Shown: piece by piece, positions 13,560 through 25,735 of the stretch
Position numbering within the stretch: position 1 is the stretch's first letter
How the letters are laid out: each line of letters starts with the position of its first letter
Position numbers and translations under genes: made by a program
The notes under the pieces: generated by a model
The model's database searches: none
What the model saw: only the letters and a program-made list of their open reading frames with translations
Told to the model about the DNA's origin: nothing
Origin: Vicugna vicugna
Taxonomy: Eukaryota
Direction of reading: 5' to 3'
Assembly (NCBI GenBank): GCA_013265495.1
Contig: MU058844.1
Location: 2,025,520 to 2,089,519, forward strand
DNA: 64,000 nt

Positions 13560-14010
13560 CTACTTCTTTTCTCACGCTTAGGACCAGTGATGGAGTTTTA
13601 CTGGCTTAAACCTAAGACTTGAAAGAGTTAGACATGCAGATATCTGAGAGCTAAGTCTTCAGGCTGGCCTCCTTCCTGGTAGAAAAATGGCGTACAGAAG
13701 TTTCAACCTCATTTCTGCATATCACATCACCGAGAGAGAGAGACCTTTTTTCCCAGTCAAATAATAGTTCTGAACTTCCATCTGATTGGATATAAGCAGA
13801 TCATTTTTGTTTAGAATCTGGGCTTCAGCCTATTTGACCTAAGCCTGGGTTATTGCAGGTATTACTGAGGTGAAGGGGATAAAATTACACTGATTGGTTC
13901 ATATCAATTAGGATCTACTTTTACCTGAGGGTAGGGTCAGTTCCACCTTAATCAAATAGATCCTATGTAAGAGGTGGGATGGGATAAAATGGATGCTAGG
14001 GAGTCAATAA
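13560..14010 (-). mobile_element. Old MLT1 (MLT1J/K/L-like) solo LTR
   Basis: 'aaaaatggc', 'gagagagaccttttttcccag', 'tctgattgg', 'ctgattggttc', 'ggatgctagggagtcaataaa'; looks like the reverse orientation of the LTR at 45455-46040. Confidence 0.55.
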
Positions 14011-14454
14011 AATGCTTACTATTATAGATTCAGTAGTGCTCATCCTCAGTCTGTTCCCAGAAAAATCCCCTATGCAGGTCTGTTTCAAGGGCGTGTGGGC
14101 ATGCAGTTGCACACCATTACTATTTGTGACAAAGTATATACCACATGGTGTATTATGCACAGAGCACATAGAAGTAATTACCAAATTTTGGTCTTTCCCC
14201 ACAAGCCTAAATAGCAAGAGAAAGGAGGTAATACTCCTCTTTCTATCCCTAGGACTGAAAGCAATGAATGTTTATGAAACAGAGGTTATCTTCCCAAGAG
14301 TATGAAGTGCTAGCACCTATCTTGCCAGGATGGACAATTCTTTAGTTTCCTTTCCTCACTTCCCTGCAGAGATAGAGCTCAACTTCCAGCTAACATTAAA
14401 GAGGCCATATTTGTGATTCACCATATGGTTTTGTGCAATTCACTTGTTTTTCAC

Positions 14455-15060
14455 TGGTGTGAAGATTTTTGTTACTGCATATTAAAATCCATCAGAAAAC
14501 ATTCATGCTGGAGAGTTACTGAAAACTGAGTAGACAAAATGATTCAGTCAGCCTTTGTATTCTGAGATCCTGGAAGTGACACAGTGGGTACGTGGACAGA
14601 GTAGCCATGGTGGCAGAGATAGAAGCTGTGCATTGGCCCAATGGATTTCCATTTAGTAAGACTACAGACATCTCTGAATGTCCAACCCGCCAGCCACAGA
14701 AACCAATGCTGAGATCTTGGTAAGGCACTGTTCTTCAAGGAGACCAACTGGTGGCATCTATTTTGGGCCCCCTTCATGCTAGAAGGGCCAGTGTTTATCC
14801 TCACAGGAATAAATACATATTCCAGATATCAGTTTGCTTTTTCTCTCCACAGAGCCTCAGACAGCATAACTATGGGGCTTGTATAGTGCCAGATCTATAA
14901 ACAGAGACTATCATACATAATAGTGTTCAACCAAGAGACCCACTTCATAGCAAAGTGGGTGCAGAAATGACCATGGGATCCACATGGTATGAGTTGCATC
15001 AGCAACTATGTGGGAGCAGCTGTCCTGATAGATAGTTAGAATGGATGACTTACGGCACAG
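14455..15060 (+). mobile_element. ERVL-type internal pol fragment (RNaseH end and integrase), decayed
   Basis: Manual translation across frameshifts: VKIFV..., QWVRGQSSHGGRDRSCALAQ, ECPTRQPQKPML, GTVLQGDQL, FILTGINTYSRYQFAF, THFIAK. This is collinear with recalled ERV-L integrase (QWAHEQSGHGGRDGGYAWAQ, ECPTCQQQRP, FVLTGIDTYSGYGFAF, DQGTHFTAK). Confidence 0.88.
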
Positions 15061-16224
15061 TCTAATCCTTGGAGCAAGTGGAAATGGTATTAATTTTGCT
15101 GATTTTTTTGGAAGAGTTGAAAATAATCCATTAATGCAAGAAACATCAGAGGTACTTATTCCAGCCTCGTAACTTCCCCTGGATTCTTGTATCCAAAATT
15201 TTGAGAGAGAATATTAAGGTACCATCCCACAGGCATGAAATTACACCCCAATAAATATGCTTCTAGCTATACAACAAATCCTTTAGTTTTTAGTCTTTCT
15301 GTAGGAAATAATGCCAGATGAGTCTAATTGTGATATTTTGTGCTGACTTTCTGTGGGTAAAAAAAAAGAATGAAAGTAAGATTTAGGAAATTAAATTCTT
15401 GAGCCAAATCCTCCTTTAATTTCCCCTCAAATAAAATCCCTCATGTAGTTTTGGACAAAGCATAATCTTGAAGAATATATTCATTAAAAACTGCCTCTAA
15501 ATTTTAAAATTTTCAACCCCTTAAACAGAATATATTTAGATCTCTAAACTTAGAATTTGTTAAATGTCCTTATCTTTTCAATTTTTGAAAAAATTTATCA
15601 AAATGAATAGCAGGAGCCAGAAGACATGAATATGAGTTCTATTTTATTTATTTAAAAAAGTTAGACCTGGCTTAGGAAATGTTTCTTTTCAAATTGGTGA
15701 TCATTCCAATTCATCATAAAGCTGAAATATTCAGAGTATATTTCAGATGCAACATAAAGAATTAATCCTGATATTTAAAATTTAACTATGATTTTTTTTT
15801 CCTTTTACACTGAAGGTCTTTGGAGATCAGGAATTTTAGCTCGTTACTCTGAATTTATTATTAGGGATCCTTTAGAGTTCAAAAAGGAATTGATTACTCT
15901 CTGAACTGTAAAGAGACAATTGTTACTTCATTGTTACTCCCTTAATGCTAGTTGTGGTCTTTTTTACCTCTCAGCTAAGTTTTATGACATCCCAGCTGTC
16001 AGTTGGCCTTCTCCCTCAGTCCACTCTACATAACTGCTGAAGTGATCGATTCTGTCACATTTCCTGCACTAGCCAATGCACTCGCCCCTTCAGCTAAACT
16101 GAATTATTGTGCTTGCTGTACCTTTTACCTGGGTCCCTGCTCTTTATCTGTGGGAATCACTTCTTATTAACCTCAATCTTTAGAAGTCTTTCTCCTCCTT
16201 CCACGACTTGCTCCAAAGAAGCAT

Positions 16225-16605
16225 GCAGTAAGAAAAGGAAAACTCAACTGTAACCAGAGGACTTCGATCTTAATCCCAGTTCTGCCACTCATGAGCTATG
16301 CACATTTTTGTAGTTTGTACCTCTTCAGACTCAGTTTCCTCATCTCTAAAGTGAGAACACACAAACTAGATCAGTGATCCTCAGAGTGTGATCCCTGGAC
16401 CAACAGCATCAGCATCACCAGGAGCTTGTTAGAAATGCAAATTTTGGGGACTCACCCCAGCTCTACTGAATCAAGAATTCTGGAGATAGGACCAAACAAT
16501 CTGTTTTTTTTAATGCAGAGTCTAGGTAATTCTTATTCCTGCTAAAATTTGAGAACCACTAGACTAGATAATCACCAAGGTCCCTCCTATAGCTGAAATA
16601 TCTTT
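16225..16605 (+). mobile_element. MIR SINE split by MER5A
   Basis: 'taatcccagttctgccactcatgagctatg...ctcagtttcctcatctctaaagtgag' precedes MER5A; 'gactagataatcaccaaggtccctcctatagctgaaat' follows it. Confidence 0.8.
16372..16561 (+). mobile_element. MER5A (hAT-Charlie MITE)
   Basis: 'cagtgatcctcagagtgtgatccctggaccaacagcatcagcatcaccaggagcttgttagaaatgcaaatt...aaaatttgagaaccact'. 8-bp TSD aactagat (16364-16371) / gactagat (16562-16569). Confidence 0.92.
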
Positions 16606-16619
16606 ATAATGTCTTCCTC

Positions 16620-16825
16620 TTAGGTGCTTTCATAGCATTTTGTATCTCTTACTACATACATCTCATTATACATTGTGTTAGAATTTTTTTTTAATATGTC
16701 TCCTCCATCTCTTACTAGATGTCATTTTGAAAATTCAAATTTCATCTTATTTACCATTATACCCAGGACAACGTCTAGCCAGAGTCTTACACATGTTAGA
16801 TGTTTAGCAAACCTTTACTAAAGTA
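16620..16825 (+). mobile_element. L2 3' end fragment
   Basis: 'ctcttactagatg...catcttatttaccattatacccagga...cttacacatgttagatgtttagcaaacctttac'. Confidence 0.55.
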
Positions 16826-17619
16826 AAGTCCTCATTAGTTTTATTGGAAACCAGAACAAATTAGAAAATAATTACTTAGTTAAGATTTAATTGAGCTAAT
16901 TCCAGGTTATAAGTAAGGAAATAGGGGAAAGATGTAGATGCAAACCTTGGGTATGGAGGAGCAAGACATCACCAAAATGAAGTGAGTGAGCTTGTTTTCA
17001 CATAGGAGGCTAATAAATGAAGGAAAGAGCAATTCAAAATAGGTTAGCTATAAACAACCATTACCCTTCAGGGTATTCAATTTAGAAAGACTCAACTTGG
17101 AGAGGAATCTATTTATGTCCTGAAAACGTGCAACATACAGAGAAAAGCTGACATCTGATGTAAAGTGTATGTATGTTTTCAAATCTGTGAAAGAAGAATG
17201 CGGGGAAGACAATGGTGTTTAAGCGTCTCAGGACAGGATTTTAAGGAAAAGGATGATATTAAAGAACACGAAGAGTAGAGGGTGTTGACTCTCAGAAAAA
17301 TTACTTTATTTACATGAATTAAAAGGCAAAAATAAACAGTTCATTAAAGCAGGCAGTCGAGAATAGCCCAATGATGGTCGTGATGTAGGGAGAGAAAGAT
17401 ATTTATGAAGTTGGAGTCAATGCAGTATTTTGTGTATAATAGTTCAGACTCAGACCATGTGAAAATAGGATAAGCAATGCTCTTAACTGAAACTTAAACA
17501 TCTCTTTTAATAATGTTGAGAGGAATATATCATTTCCCTTATGATTTCATATATAGATATATAGATATCTTTCCTGTATCTTTCATCTGGGCCCCTGCTC
17601 CTTACGTATGGGAAGAATG

Positions 17620-19155
17620 TCCATTCCTACCAACAGTGTAGGAGGGTTCCCTTTTCTCCTAACCCTCTCCTTTACTATTTGTAGACTTTTTAATGATGGC
17701 CATTCTGACCAGTGTGAGGTGATACCTCATTGTAGTTTTTTGATTTGCATTTCCCTAATAACTGGCAATGTTGAGCATTTTTTTCATGTGCCTCTTGGCC
17801 ATCTATATGTCTCCTTCAGAGGAGTGTCAACTTAGGTCTTCTGACCTTTTTTTGATTTTTTTTTATATTGAGCTGTATGAGATGTTTGTATACTTGGAAA
17901 TTAGGTCCTTGTTGATCACTTCATTTGCAAATATTTTCTCCCATTCTGTAGGTTGTCTTTTCATTTTGTTTATGATTTGATTTCCTTTGCTGTACAAAAG
18001 CTTGTAAGCTTGATTAGGTCTCATTTGTTTATTTTTGCTTTTATTTCTTTTGCCTTGGGAGACTGATCTAAGAAAGTGTTGCTACAATTTATGTCAGAGA
18101 ATGTTTTGCCTGTGTTCTCTTCTAGGGAGTTTATGGTGTCATGTATTATATTTAAATCTTAAAGCCATTTTGAGTTTATTTTTTTGTATGGTGCAATGGA
18201 GTGTTCTAACTTCACTGATTCACGTGCAGCTGTCCAACTTTCCCAGCACCAATTGCTGAAGAGACTGTCTTTTCTCCAATGTATATTCTTGTCTCCTTTG
18301 TCAAAGATTAGTTGACCATATGTGTGTGGGTTTATTTCTGGGCTCTTGATTTTGTTTGTTGATCCATATGTCTGTTTTTCTGCCAAAACCATTCTGTTTT
18401 GATTACTGTATCTTTGTGGTGCTGTCTGAAGTCTGGGAGGATTATGTCTCTAGTTATGTTTTTTTGCTTCAGGATTTCTTTGGCAATTTTGGATCTTTTG
18501 TGGTTCCATATAAATTTTAAGATTATTTGTTCTAGTTCTGTGAAAAATGTCATGAGTAATTTGATAGGGATCACATTAAATGTGTAGATTGCTTTGGGTA
18601 GTATGGCCATTTCAGCTGTATTAATTCTTCCAATCCAAGAACAAAGACCTCATGGCTCAACGGTAGCACTTCTGACTGCAAGAGCATGGGCTATCTTTCA
18701 ATTTCTTTGAATCATCTTCAGTTTCCTTTATCAATGTTTTATAGTTCTCAGCATATGAGTCTTTCACCTCCTTGGTCAGGCTTATTCCTAGGTTTGTTTG
18801 TTTTGATTTGATGGTAACTGGGATTGTTTCCTTAATTTATTTTCTGATATTTCATTGTTAGTGTATAGAAATGCAACAGATTTCTGCATGTTAATTTTGT
18901 ATCCTGCTACCTTGCTGAATTCATGCATCAGTTCTACTTTTTGTGTATGTGTGGAGTCTTTAGGGTTTTCTATATAGAGTATCATGTCATCTACATATAA
19001 TGAAAAATTTACCTCTTCCTTTCCAATTTAGATCCCTTTTATTTATTTTTCTTGTCTGATTGCTGTGGCTAAGCTTGCAATACTATGTTGAATAGAAGTG
19101 GTGGGAATGGGCATTCTTGTCTGGTTCCAGATTTTAGCAGGAAAGATTTCAGTCT
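17620..19155 (-). mobile_element. L1 ORF2 internal fragment (RT C-terminal half to C-terminal region), pseudogenised
   Basis: Minus-strand ORFs [12 protein letters not shown]...[42 protein letters not shown]...[18 protein letters not shown] and [37 protein letters not shown] are typical L1 ORF2p. The RT catalytic motif reads YVDD; there are multiple frameshifts. Confidence 0.97.
18646..18680 (+). pseudogene. 5'-half tRNA-Trp(CCA) tailless retropseudogene inserted in L1
   Basis: GACCTCATGGCTCAACGGTAGCACTTCTGACTGCA vs recalled mammalian tRNA-Trp 5' end GACCTCGTGGCGCAACGGTAGCGCGTCTGACTCCA (30/35). Starts at tRNA nt 1 and ends at the anticodon. Flanking repeat tccaagaaca (18634-18643) / tgcaagagca (18677-18686). 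Confidence 0.85.
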
Positions 19156-19959
19156 TTTAAAATGTATGTAATATAAATTTTAAAAAATTCATATAATCTA
19201 TGTAAATATTTTTATTATAGAAATAATATTAGGACAAGCAAAAATATTTTTAAGTATAAGTCTGTTACATTTGAAAAACTTCAATAGAAGAATTGAAATG
19301 GAAATATGAGTTCAAAGATTAAAAGGACTGACTGAAAATTTCTGGCTGCCAAAGAAGAGCTTGTTCATGTGTAGTTTAATGGCTGGTCGTGGGTGACATA
19401 TTGTTTTGCAATTTAAATTTTATTGGAGACAGTTAAAAAATATAATTTTCTTTTTTAAAGTCAATATTTATAATATACTATAAATAAAATCCTTTGGCAC
19501 TATATATATTACAAATGGAAAATTTTAGATATCAACTTAAAATAGGCAAGAGAGTACATGATTTAAAAAATATATATCTTTTTAGAGGGTAAATGAGAAA
19601 AAAGCCTGGAGATCAGTGCTTTAACCCAACTGATACGGGTAAGATGTGCTATCTTGGACTAAGTATCTTTTGCTTTCTTCCATCATAAAATTCAGTACAA
19701 TTTTTTTGTAGTAGTCTATTTACTTATGAGATTCTTCCACTAAACAGGAAGCTCTTTGTTGTCAGGTATCATGCCTTATGTAAGCAGTCTTGGGACAGAG
19801 GATTTCAATGAATGTTTTTGGACTGAATGCACAGATGAACTGATTTGTTTTGGGTGCAGAGTTCTCAGTGATTTCTACGATTTTGTGTACCACCACTTAT
19901 GCTTTGATTCTTACTTCTAAATTTTAAGATCTTCATAAATGATATCAATATCTTAATAC

Positions 19960-20115
19960 AGTAGAAAGAGTAATATAGTAAAATTTTGAATGTAGCCCAG
20001 TCTCTGACACAATGCAATTTAAGCAAGTCATAAATTCTTTAAGCCCCAAATTTCCTTATTTGTAAAGTCAGAGCCTTTAACTGAACACATTCTTAGGTCC
20101 CTTCCTGTCCTAAAT
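19960..20115 (+). mobile_element. MIR SINE fragment
   Basis: 'tagcccagtctctgacac...aagcaagtcataaattctttaagccccaaatttccttatttgtaaagt...taggtcccttcctgtcctaaa'. Confidence 0.65.
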
Positions 20116-22845
20116 AGATTTTATTTTCCTCTAACGTCAAAAGTGACTTAATTCATAAGTTACTTATTTCCTGTATATTCACAACTAAAAGTGCACAAGG
20201 ATGGCTTCTGCCTCATTGCCCTGGTCATGACTCTGCTGTCCTTGGTAAGAAAGAAGTAACGGTAACTGAAATGAACTAACAGCTGTCTATGATTACTGAA
20301 AATTTACGTATAAAACTAAAGAGGATTTTATACATCAACTAGTTCCACTTTTATTTTCAAAATGAAAAAGAGGTCAAAAAATTTTAAGTCCCTTGCCCAC
20401 TGTGACACAGAGCTATTATCAAAGTTTAGGATACAATTTGATCTCCTTCTCAGTCCAGTGCTAGTACCATCAATAATGGTTAAGAATTCAAGTTTTAGAG
20501 TCAAGTATATCTGAATTGAAATCTCAGCCACAGAGTTTGCTTTGAGGTTATTAAATAAAGTTCTAAAATCCTAGGCATACAGAACAGAACCAAATTAAGT
20601 GACAGCTATGATGATTATTATACCATTCAGTACAAGGATGAAATGTATTCAGTTGCTAGTAATAATTTTAATCTTAATACCATATTTAACACACAAAAAC
20701 AGATTCTTAAAAATTATGCCTATCAATTTAACTTTTGGTGCTTTAAATTTTACCAAATATCTTTAAAATGGTACTGGAACCCACAAACTGAAAATAATTA
20801 TTTGTCAATTAACCTGTCTGCCTACTTGTTTATCAATTGTATATAAACTGAATTCAAGAAATGGTTATTGGATATTGTGTGCTGGTCTCTCTGTTAGGCA
20901 CTGGGGATTCACAGAAGAATAAAGCATAATCCAGTCTCTAACTTCAATTTCAAGTTGACATTTTAAGTAAAAGATCCTCATAAGTGTATGAGCCAATTCC
21001 TACCGGAGCTATACCTGGTGCTGTAATACTGAAATTAAGAAATTGGCTCTGCAACCCAAGATCCCTGTAGTATATCCCTTGTCCCTCTTGATATTAAATT
21101 GCCTCATCCTATATGATATCAATTGAGATGTAATCAAAACTGTTAGATTTCCCTTAAGTGATGAGAAATCATAACTCCATGGAACTCAAGTTTACTTAAC
21201 CCATTTAAAAGAGACCTTGGAACATGGTATCTATCTGAAAAGAGTGAAGAAGGGTTGAGAACACAAGATTCAGCATTACAAACAAAGAAAATCAGAATTA
21301 CAAACTGCTCTGTACTCAAAACAGTTCAGATTTTGTAATCAGAGCTCTCCCAGATGTTCTCAAAGAGTTAGCCCAGGGCAATCATGTGAAAAATAAGCAG
21401 ATGAGGCAATGAGAGAAATTTATATATCCTGGAGATTTGTTTCTTTATAACAAAACTCCTTTAAAGTGATTTATCAAATTCACCGGAGAACTGAGGACAT
21501 TTAGCATAGCTTATAAAACGTTATACATAGTGCTCTCTTTTTGAGAACTGAAAAAGCTGCAGACTTTTTTGATTAGCCTTTATTTATAATATTGGATTGC
21601 CACTTGTCATAAATAGGAGTGAGGATGAGAAAAAAAAATGTTGTCATTAGACAACAGTGAAATGGAAGTTGGAAGTTAATAGAGTTTATAAACTAATAGT
21701 TTAAACTAATAGAGTTTATACTTGAGGACATATTTAAAAACATGTCACATGTGTACATGTAAATAAGGCATTGACCATAAGAGCAAGCCCCCATTTCTGC
21801 TTTTGAACAAAGAACACATTCTGTGGATCTTAAGTCCATAAACATCAGGAACTAATCTCTTACATAAGCCATTTCTATTATCTTCTCCAAAGCTGAGGTC
21901 ATACACTAGGGAGATAGGGTGGGCTTTTTATTTAACACACACCCATTGCTGGCTGACTATACTACGTAAGTAAATTTGTTACCCTATTAATTATATGAGC
22001 TGAAAATGATTCTCATTCATATCAATAAGAAGACTGTAGATGCCTTTATAATAAGTAAAGGTAGAGATTACTTTAAAATATTTTGAAGAATTTTATAAAC
22101 ATACAAAATTAGGACAGAGTCTGTTGCCAGCTGTAGAACTGCTTTTAATTAAAACCTTGTTCAACATGCTTACTGCAGAGCTTTCTTATTTTCCTGTTAT
22201 ACAGAGATGTACTGAATCAGCAATTATTGAGCCCTGGACACATTATAAAACTTCCTTCTGAGATTATTTAGCCAACAAAATCAGCTGTGATTCATTAGAT
22301 AATAGCACCACCAGGAAGACTATTCCTAGGTTCTCCCTCAGTTATAGGTCTTCGGTGGCTGTGGAACACAAAGGCCAAAAACTGAAAGGGCCTCCTCGTT
22401 TCAAATTTAACAGAGGTCTCTTTAATGAGATGGTAAAGTTAGACTTACATAATGTAAGGCCAGTGAGTCTATTAAACGGAGTATAAAAGTTAGATAAACT
22501 GGGTTCCATTCACAACTTTGTTAGTGATTGCTTTGCTATATGCCCTAGTATGACTACTATTACTCAGTATTTACCTAGCACAAAAAGTCAAGTCAACTTT
22601 GTCTATTAAGAAATGCTGTGCAATTTTCATATAATATGGTGCATGGACCAGAACAACTCCATAGGACCTAATTCTTCAGCATTTGCTTGGACTCCTAGAG
22701 ACCAACTGGCCAAAATTTGCTGCTTTTTCTAACACCGGATTTGTATGTTTTGATATATGGAATATATCAAATTTCCGTTATCTTGTCACTCTACTTTCTG
22801 AGGAAGGTATTTGCAATGGTAAAAGAAGAACTTTCAAAGCCACAT

Positions 22846-23080
22846 TCTTCTGGAGATCTAATGCATAGTATAATGATTATGGTCAACAATATTGTATTAT
22901 ATACTTCAAAGTTGCCAAGAGACTAGATATTAAGTGTTTTCACCTCAAAAAAAGAAATGATAGTTATGTGTTGTGATAGAGGTGGTAATCATATTATAAT
23001 ATGTAAATGTATCAAATTAATACACTGTAAACCTTAAACTTACACAATGCTATATGTGAATCATATCTTAATTTTAAAAA
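22846..23080 (+). mobile_element. L1 3' end (L1MA9-like)
   Basis: 'ttctggagatctaatgcatagtataatgattatggtcaacaatattgtattatatacttcaaagttgccaagagactagat...accttaaacttacacaatgctatatgtgaatcatatcttaat' followed by an A-tail. Confidence 0.85.
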
Positions 23081-23149
23081 GATATATTCCACTAAGTATT
23101 CTAAGAATTATAAAGTGATTAAACTGGTATATAAACGTTCTTCAAAAAT

Positions 23150-24295
23150 GACAAAATCATAATTATAGTTAGGGAATTCTAAATCTCCCTCTCAGAAATG
23201 GACCTACAAAGGAGAAAATCAGCAAGGATAAGGAAGATAAAAACAACACAACTAAGCACAACAATATAATTGACATTTAGAGAACACTCTATACAACTAT
23301 AGCTAGATACACATTTTTTCAAGAACTCATGAAACATTCTCCAAGAGAGACGAAATGCAGGTAATAACATAAACCTCAAAAACTTTAAAAGAACTGAAAA
23401 TCATAGTTCCCATAATGGACCTTAAACATTGATAACAGAGAGACAAGAAAGTCTCCATACATTTGGAGATTAAATATGCTACTTAATAATTACGGTTTGA
23501 AAAGAAATTCTCAGAGGATATAAAATGCATAGAACTGAATGAAAATACAGAATATCAAAATATGTGGAATGCAAGTAGAAATGTTCTGAGAGGAGAATGT
23601 ATAGCACAAAATATTTATGTTACTTTATTTTAAATTTATGTTGAAATTTATTCAGTTTATTTAATTTATGTTAAAAAAGTAGAAGTCTCAAATCAATAAT
23701 CTAAATCCTAAACTCAAGATCCTAGAAAGCTAAAAGTGAAATAACGCAAAGCAGGCAAAGAGTAGAATAATAAGGACAAGAACAGAAATCAAAGATATTG
23801 TAAAGCAGAAAACAATAGAGAAAATCAATGAGACAAAAAAGTTGTTAAAATTGATGAACCTCTAGCAGGACTGACAAAAAATAAAAAGAGAAAAAACACA
23901 AATGACACATATCTGGCCTATAACTACAGTTTCTACAGCTATTAAAAGGCTAAGAAAGGAATACTATGAATGACTTATGCTCATAATTCAAACTACATTA
24001 ATGAATAGACCAATTCATTGTAAGCCAAAAAGTACAAATCTCACCCAAAATGAAATCGATCATTTGAATAATCCTATAACCTTTAAAGAGACTGAATTTA
24101 TAATTAAATGTTTCCTGAAGAAGTAATCTCCATACCCAAATGGCTTTACTAGAGAATTCCACAACTCATTTAAAACAGAATGAACACTAATTCTACCCAA
24201 TCTTTTTCAGAAAAAAGAAAAGGTGGAGAAACTTCTCAATTCATTTTATGATACTAGAATTACCCAGATAGCAAAACTAGGCAAAGACAGTACCA
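23150..24295 (+). mobile_element. Old L1 (L1M) ORF2 endonuclease/linker fragment
   Basis: 'ataattatagttagggaattc' (IIVG-D/E-F), 'tacacattttttcaagaactcatgaaacattctccaag', 'aaaattgatgaacctctagcaggactgac', 'cccaaatggctttactagagaattc' (PDGFT-like). Confidence 0.85.
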
Positions 24296-24319
24296 ATCAA
24301 ATAAAACAAAACAATGTAA

Positions 24320-24695
24320 TGTTCACAAAAATACTTATATAAGAATGTTCACAGTAGCTTTATCCATAATAGCTCCAAACTGGAAACAATTCAGATGTTC
24401 TTCAACCAGTGAATTGACAAACAAACTGGTACATTCATACCTTAGAACAACTCAGCAACAAAAAAGTAACAAGCTGTCCTACATCATAACTCAGATAGAT
24501 TTCAAGGAATTATGCTCAGCAAAAAAGAAAATGACAAAAGTTGCATTTTATATGATTCCACTTACATAACACTCCTGACTTGACAGAATTATAGAGACGG
24601 AGAAAAGATTAGTGGTTATCTGGTGTTATGGATGCTGGAGGGTAAGGAAGGTAGGCGGTGGTGTTTAAGTATAACCAGAGGCATCTTTGCAATGA
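24320..24695 (+). mobile_element. Old L1 (L1MD/L1ME-like) ORF2 end and 3'UTR fragment
   Basis: ORF MFTVALSIIAPNWKQFRCSSTSE matches the L1 ORF2 C-terminus; followed by 'tatgattccacttacataacactcctga...aaagattagtggttatctgg'. Confidence 0.8.
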
Positions 24696-25492
24696 TAATT
24701 TATAAAGTTATATTTTAAAAAATAAAGAGAAAATAAGGTAAAAAGGCAAATCTTAAGAGCACTACTGAGGTAGGTAGTTTTAGAAATAAGAAATCACTGT
24801 CCTTTGAAACATCCATAGGACTTTGAATTCATGTAAAAAACAGCAAATATTGCTGCAATATAAATAGAAAAACAAATACTTATTAATATATAAAATACCT
24901 TACTCTTTCTGGGAAGAAAAAAGCATTAGATATGATACTTAAATTTTCAGAAAATACCAACCAGCAATTCTTCTGAGAAGGTTTTGTGTGGTTATTCAAG
25001 AACTTTAAACATGGCCACATACTTAGTCATAAAATTCAGTCCATTCTTGGCATCAACATTTCAGAGGATTATGAATCATTTCAGAGCGTTTAAAAGAATT
25101 TCAGAACATGAGTAAAGAGTGGGAAGAATAATATCTGTAAGTTAAAGCCAGAGGAATCAGCATTGTTTGAGGTAGGAAAGAAAATGAAACCAAGAAGCTT
25201 CAAGTTTTGCAAAACATTATTTACCAATAATAGTCGTTGACTGTTTATACAGAGACTGAAGCAGGGTGACACAGATTTACTTCTCTACTTAAAAAAGTTA
25301 TAGACCCAATAATGAAGCTACCTCAGTGGGTACACAATAAGAACTTTACTTAACCCTTACATTGTTAAATAGAAATTGTTTGCCAATAAAAATGGAGACA
25401 CTGAGAGGGTTTGTATATGCACAACAAATGGTAGAATTTTAGTTCTAATTAAGACTGGCTAATTTCAAGATTCAGATTCCTAATCAATGCAC

Positions 25493-25735
25493 CAGGTCAG
25501 GTCAGCAAACTACAACAACCCATGAACAAATCCAGCCTCAGTAGGGTTTTGTATAGCCCACGAGTTAAGAATAATTTTTATGTTTTTAACCACTTAAAGG
25601 TTAAATAATCAAAAGAATAATAATTCATGGCAAGTGAAAGGTCTGTGAAGTGCAAATAGTTGACTAGTTGCAACAGAGAAGGTGTGGACCACAAAGCTTA
25701 AAGTATTTTTTACAGAAAAATTTTACTGGCCCCTG
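25493..25735. mobile_element. MER58-family hAT-Charlie MITE (MER58B-like, internally deleted)
   Basis: 'ggtcagcaaactacaa...caaatccagcc...ttttgtatagcccacgagttaagaataatttttatgttttt...agttgcaacagagaaggtgtggaccacaaagc...tttacagaaaaattttactggcccctg'. Confidence 0.75.

Noticed and set aside
18646..18720. Functional tRNA gene
   Set aside because: Only the 5' 35 nt are present; there is no T-arm, B-box or 3' acceptor strand, and the D-stem is disrupted.
20200..20244. 45-nt exon-like segment encoding hydrophobic DGFCLIALVMTLLSL followed by gtaaga
   Set aside because: Good donor, but the acceptor lacks a polypyrimidine tract, and there are no partner exons or recognised protein.
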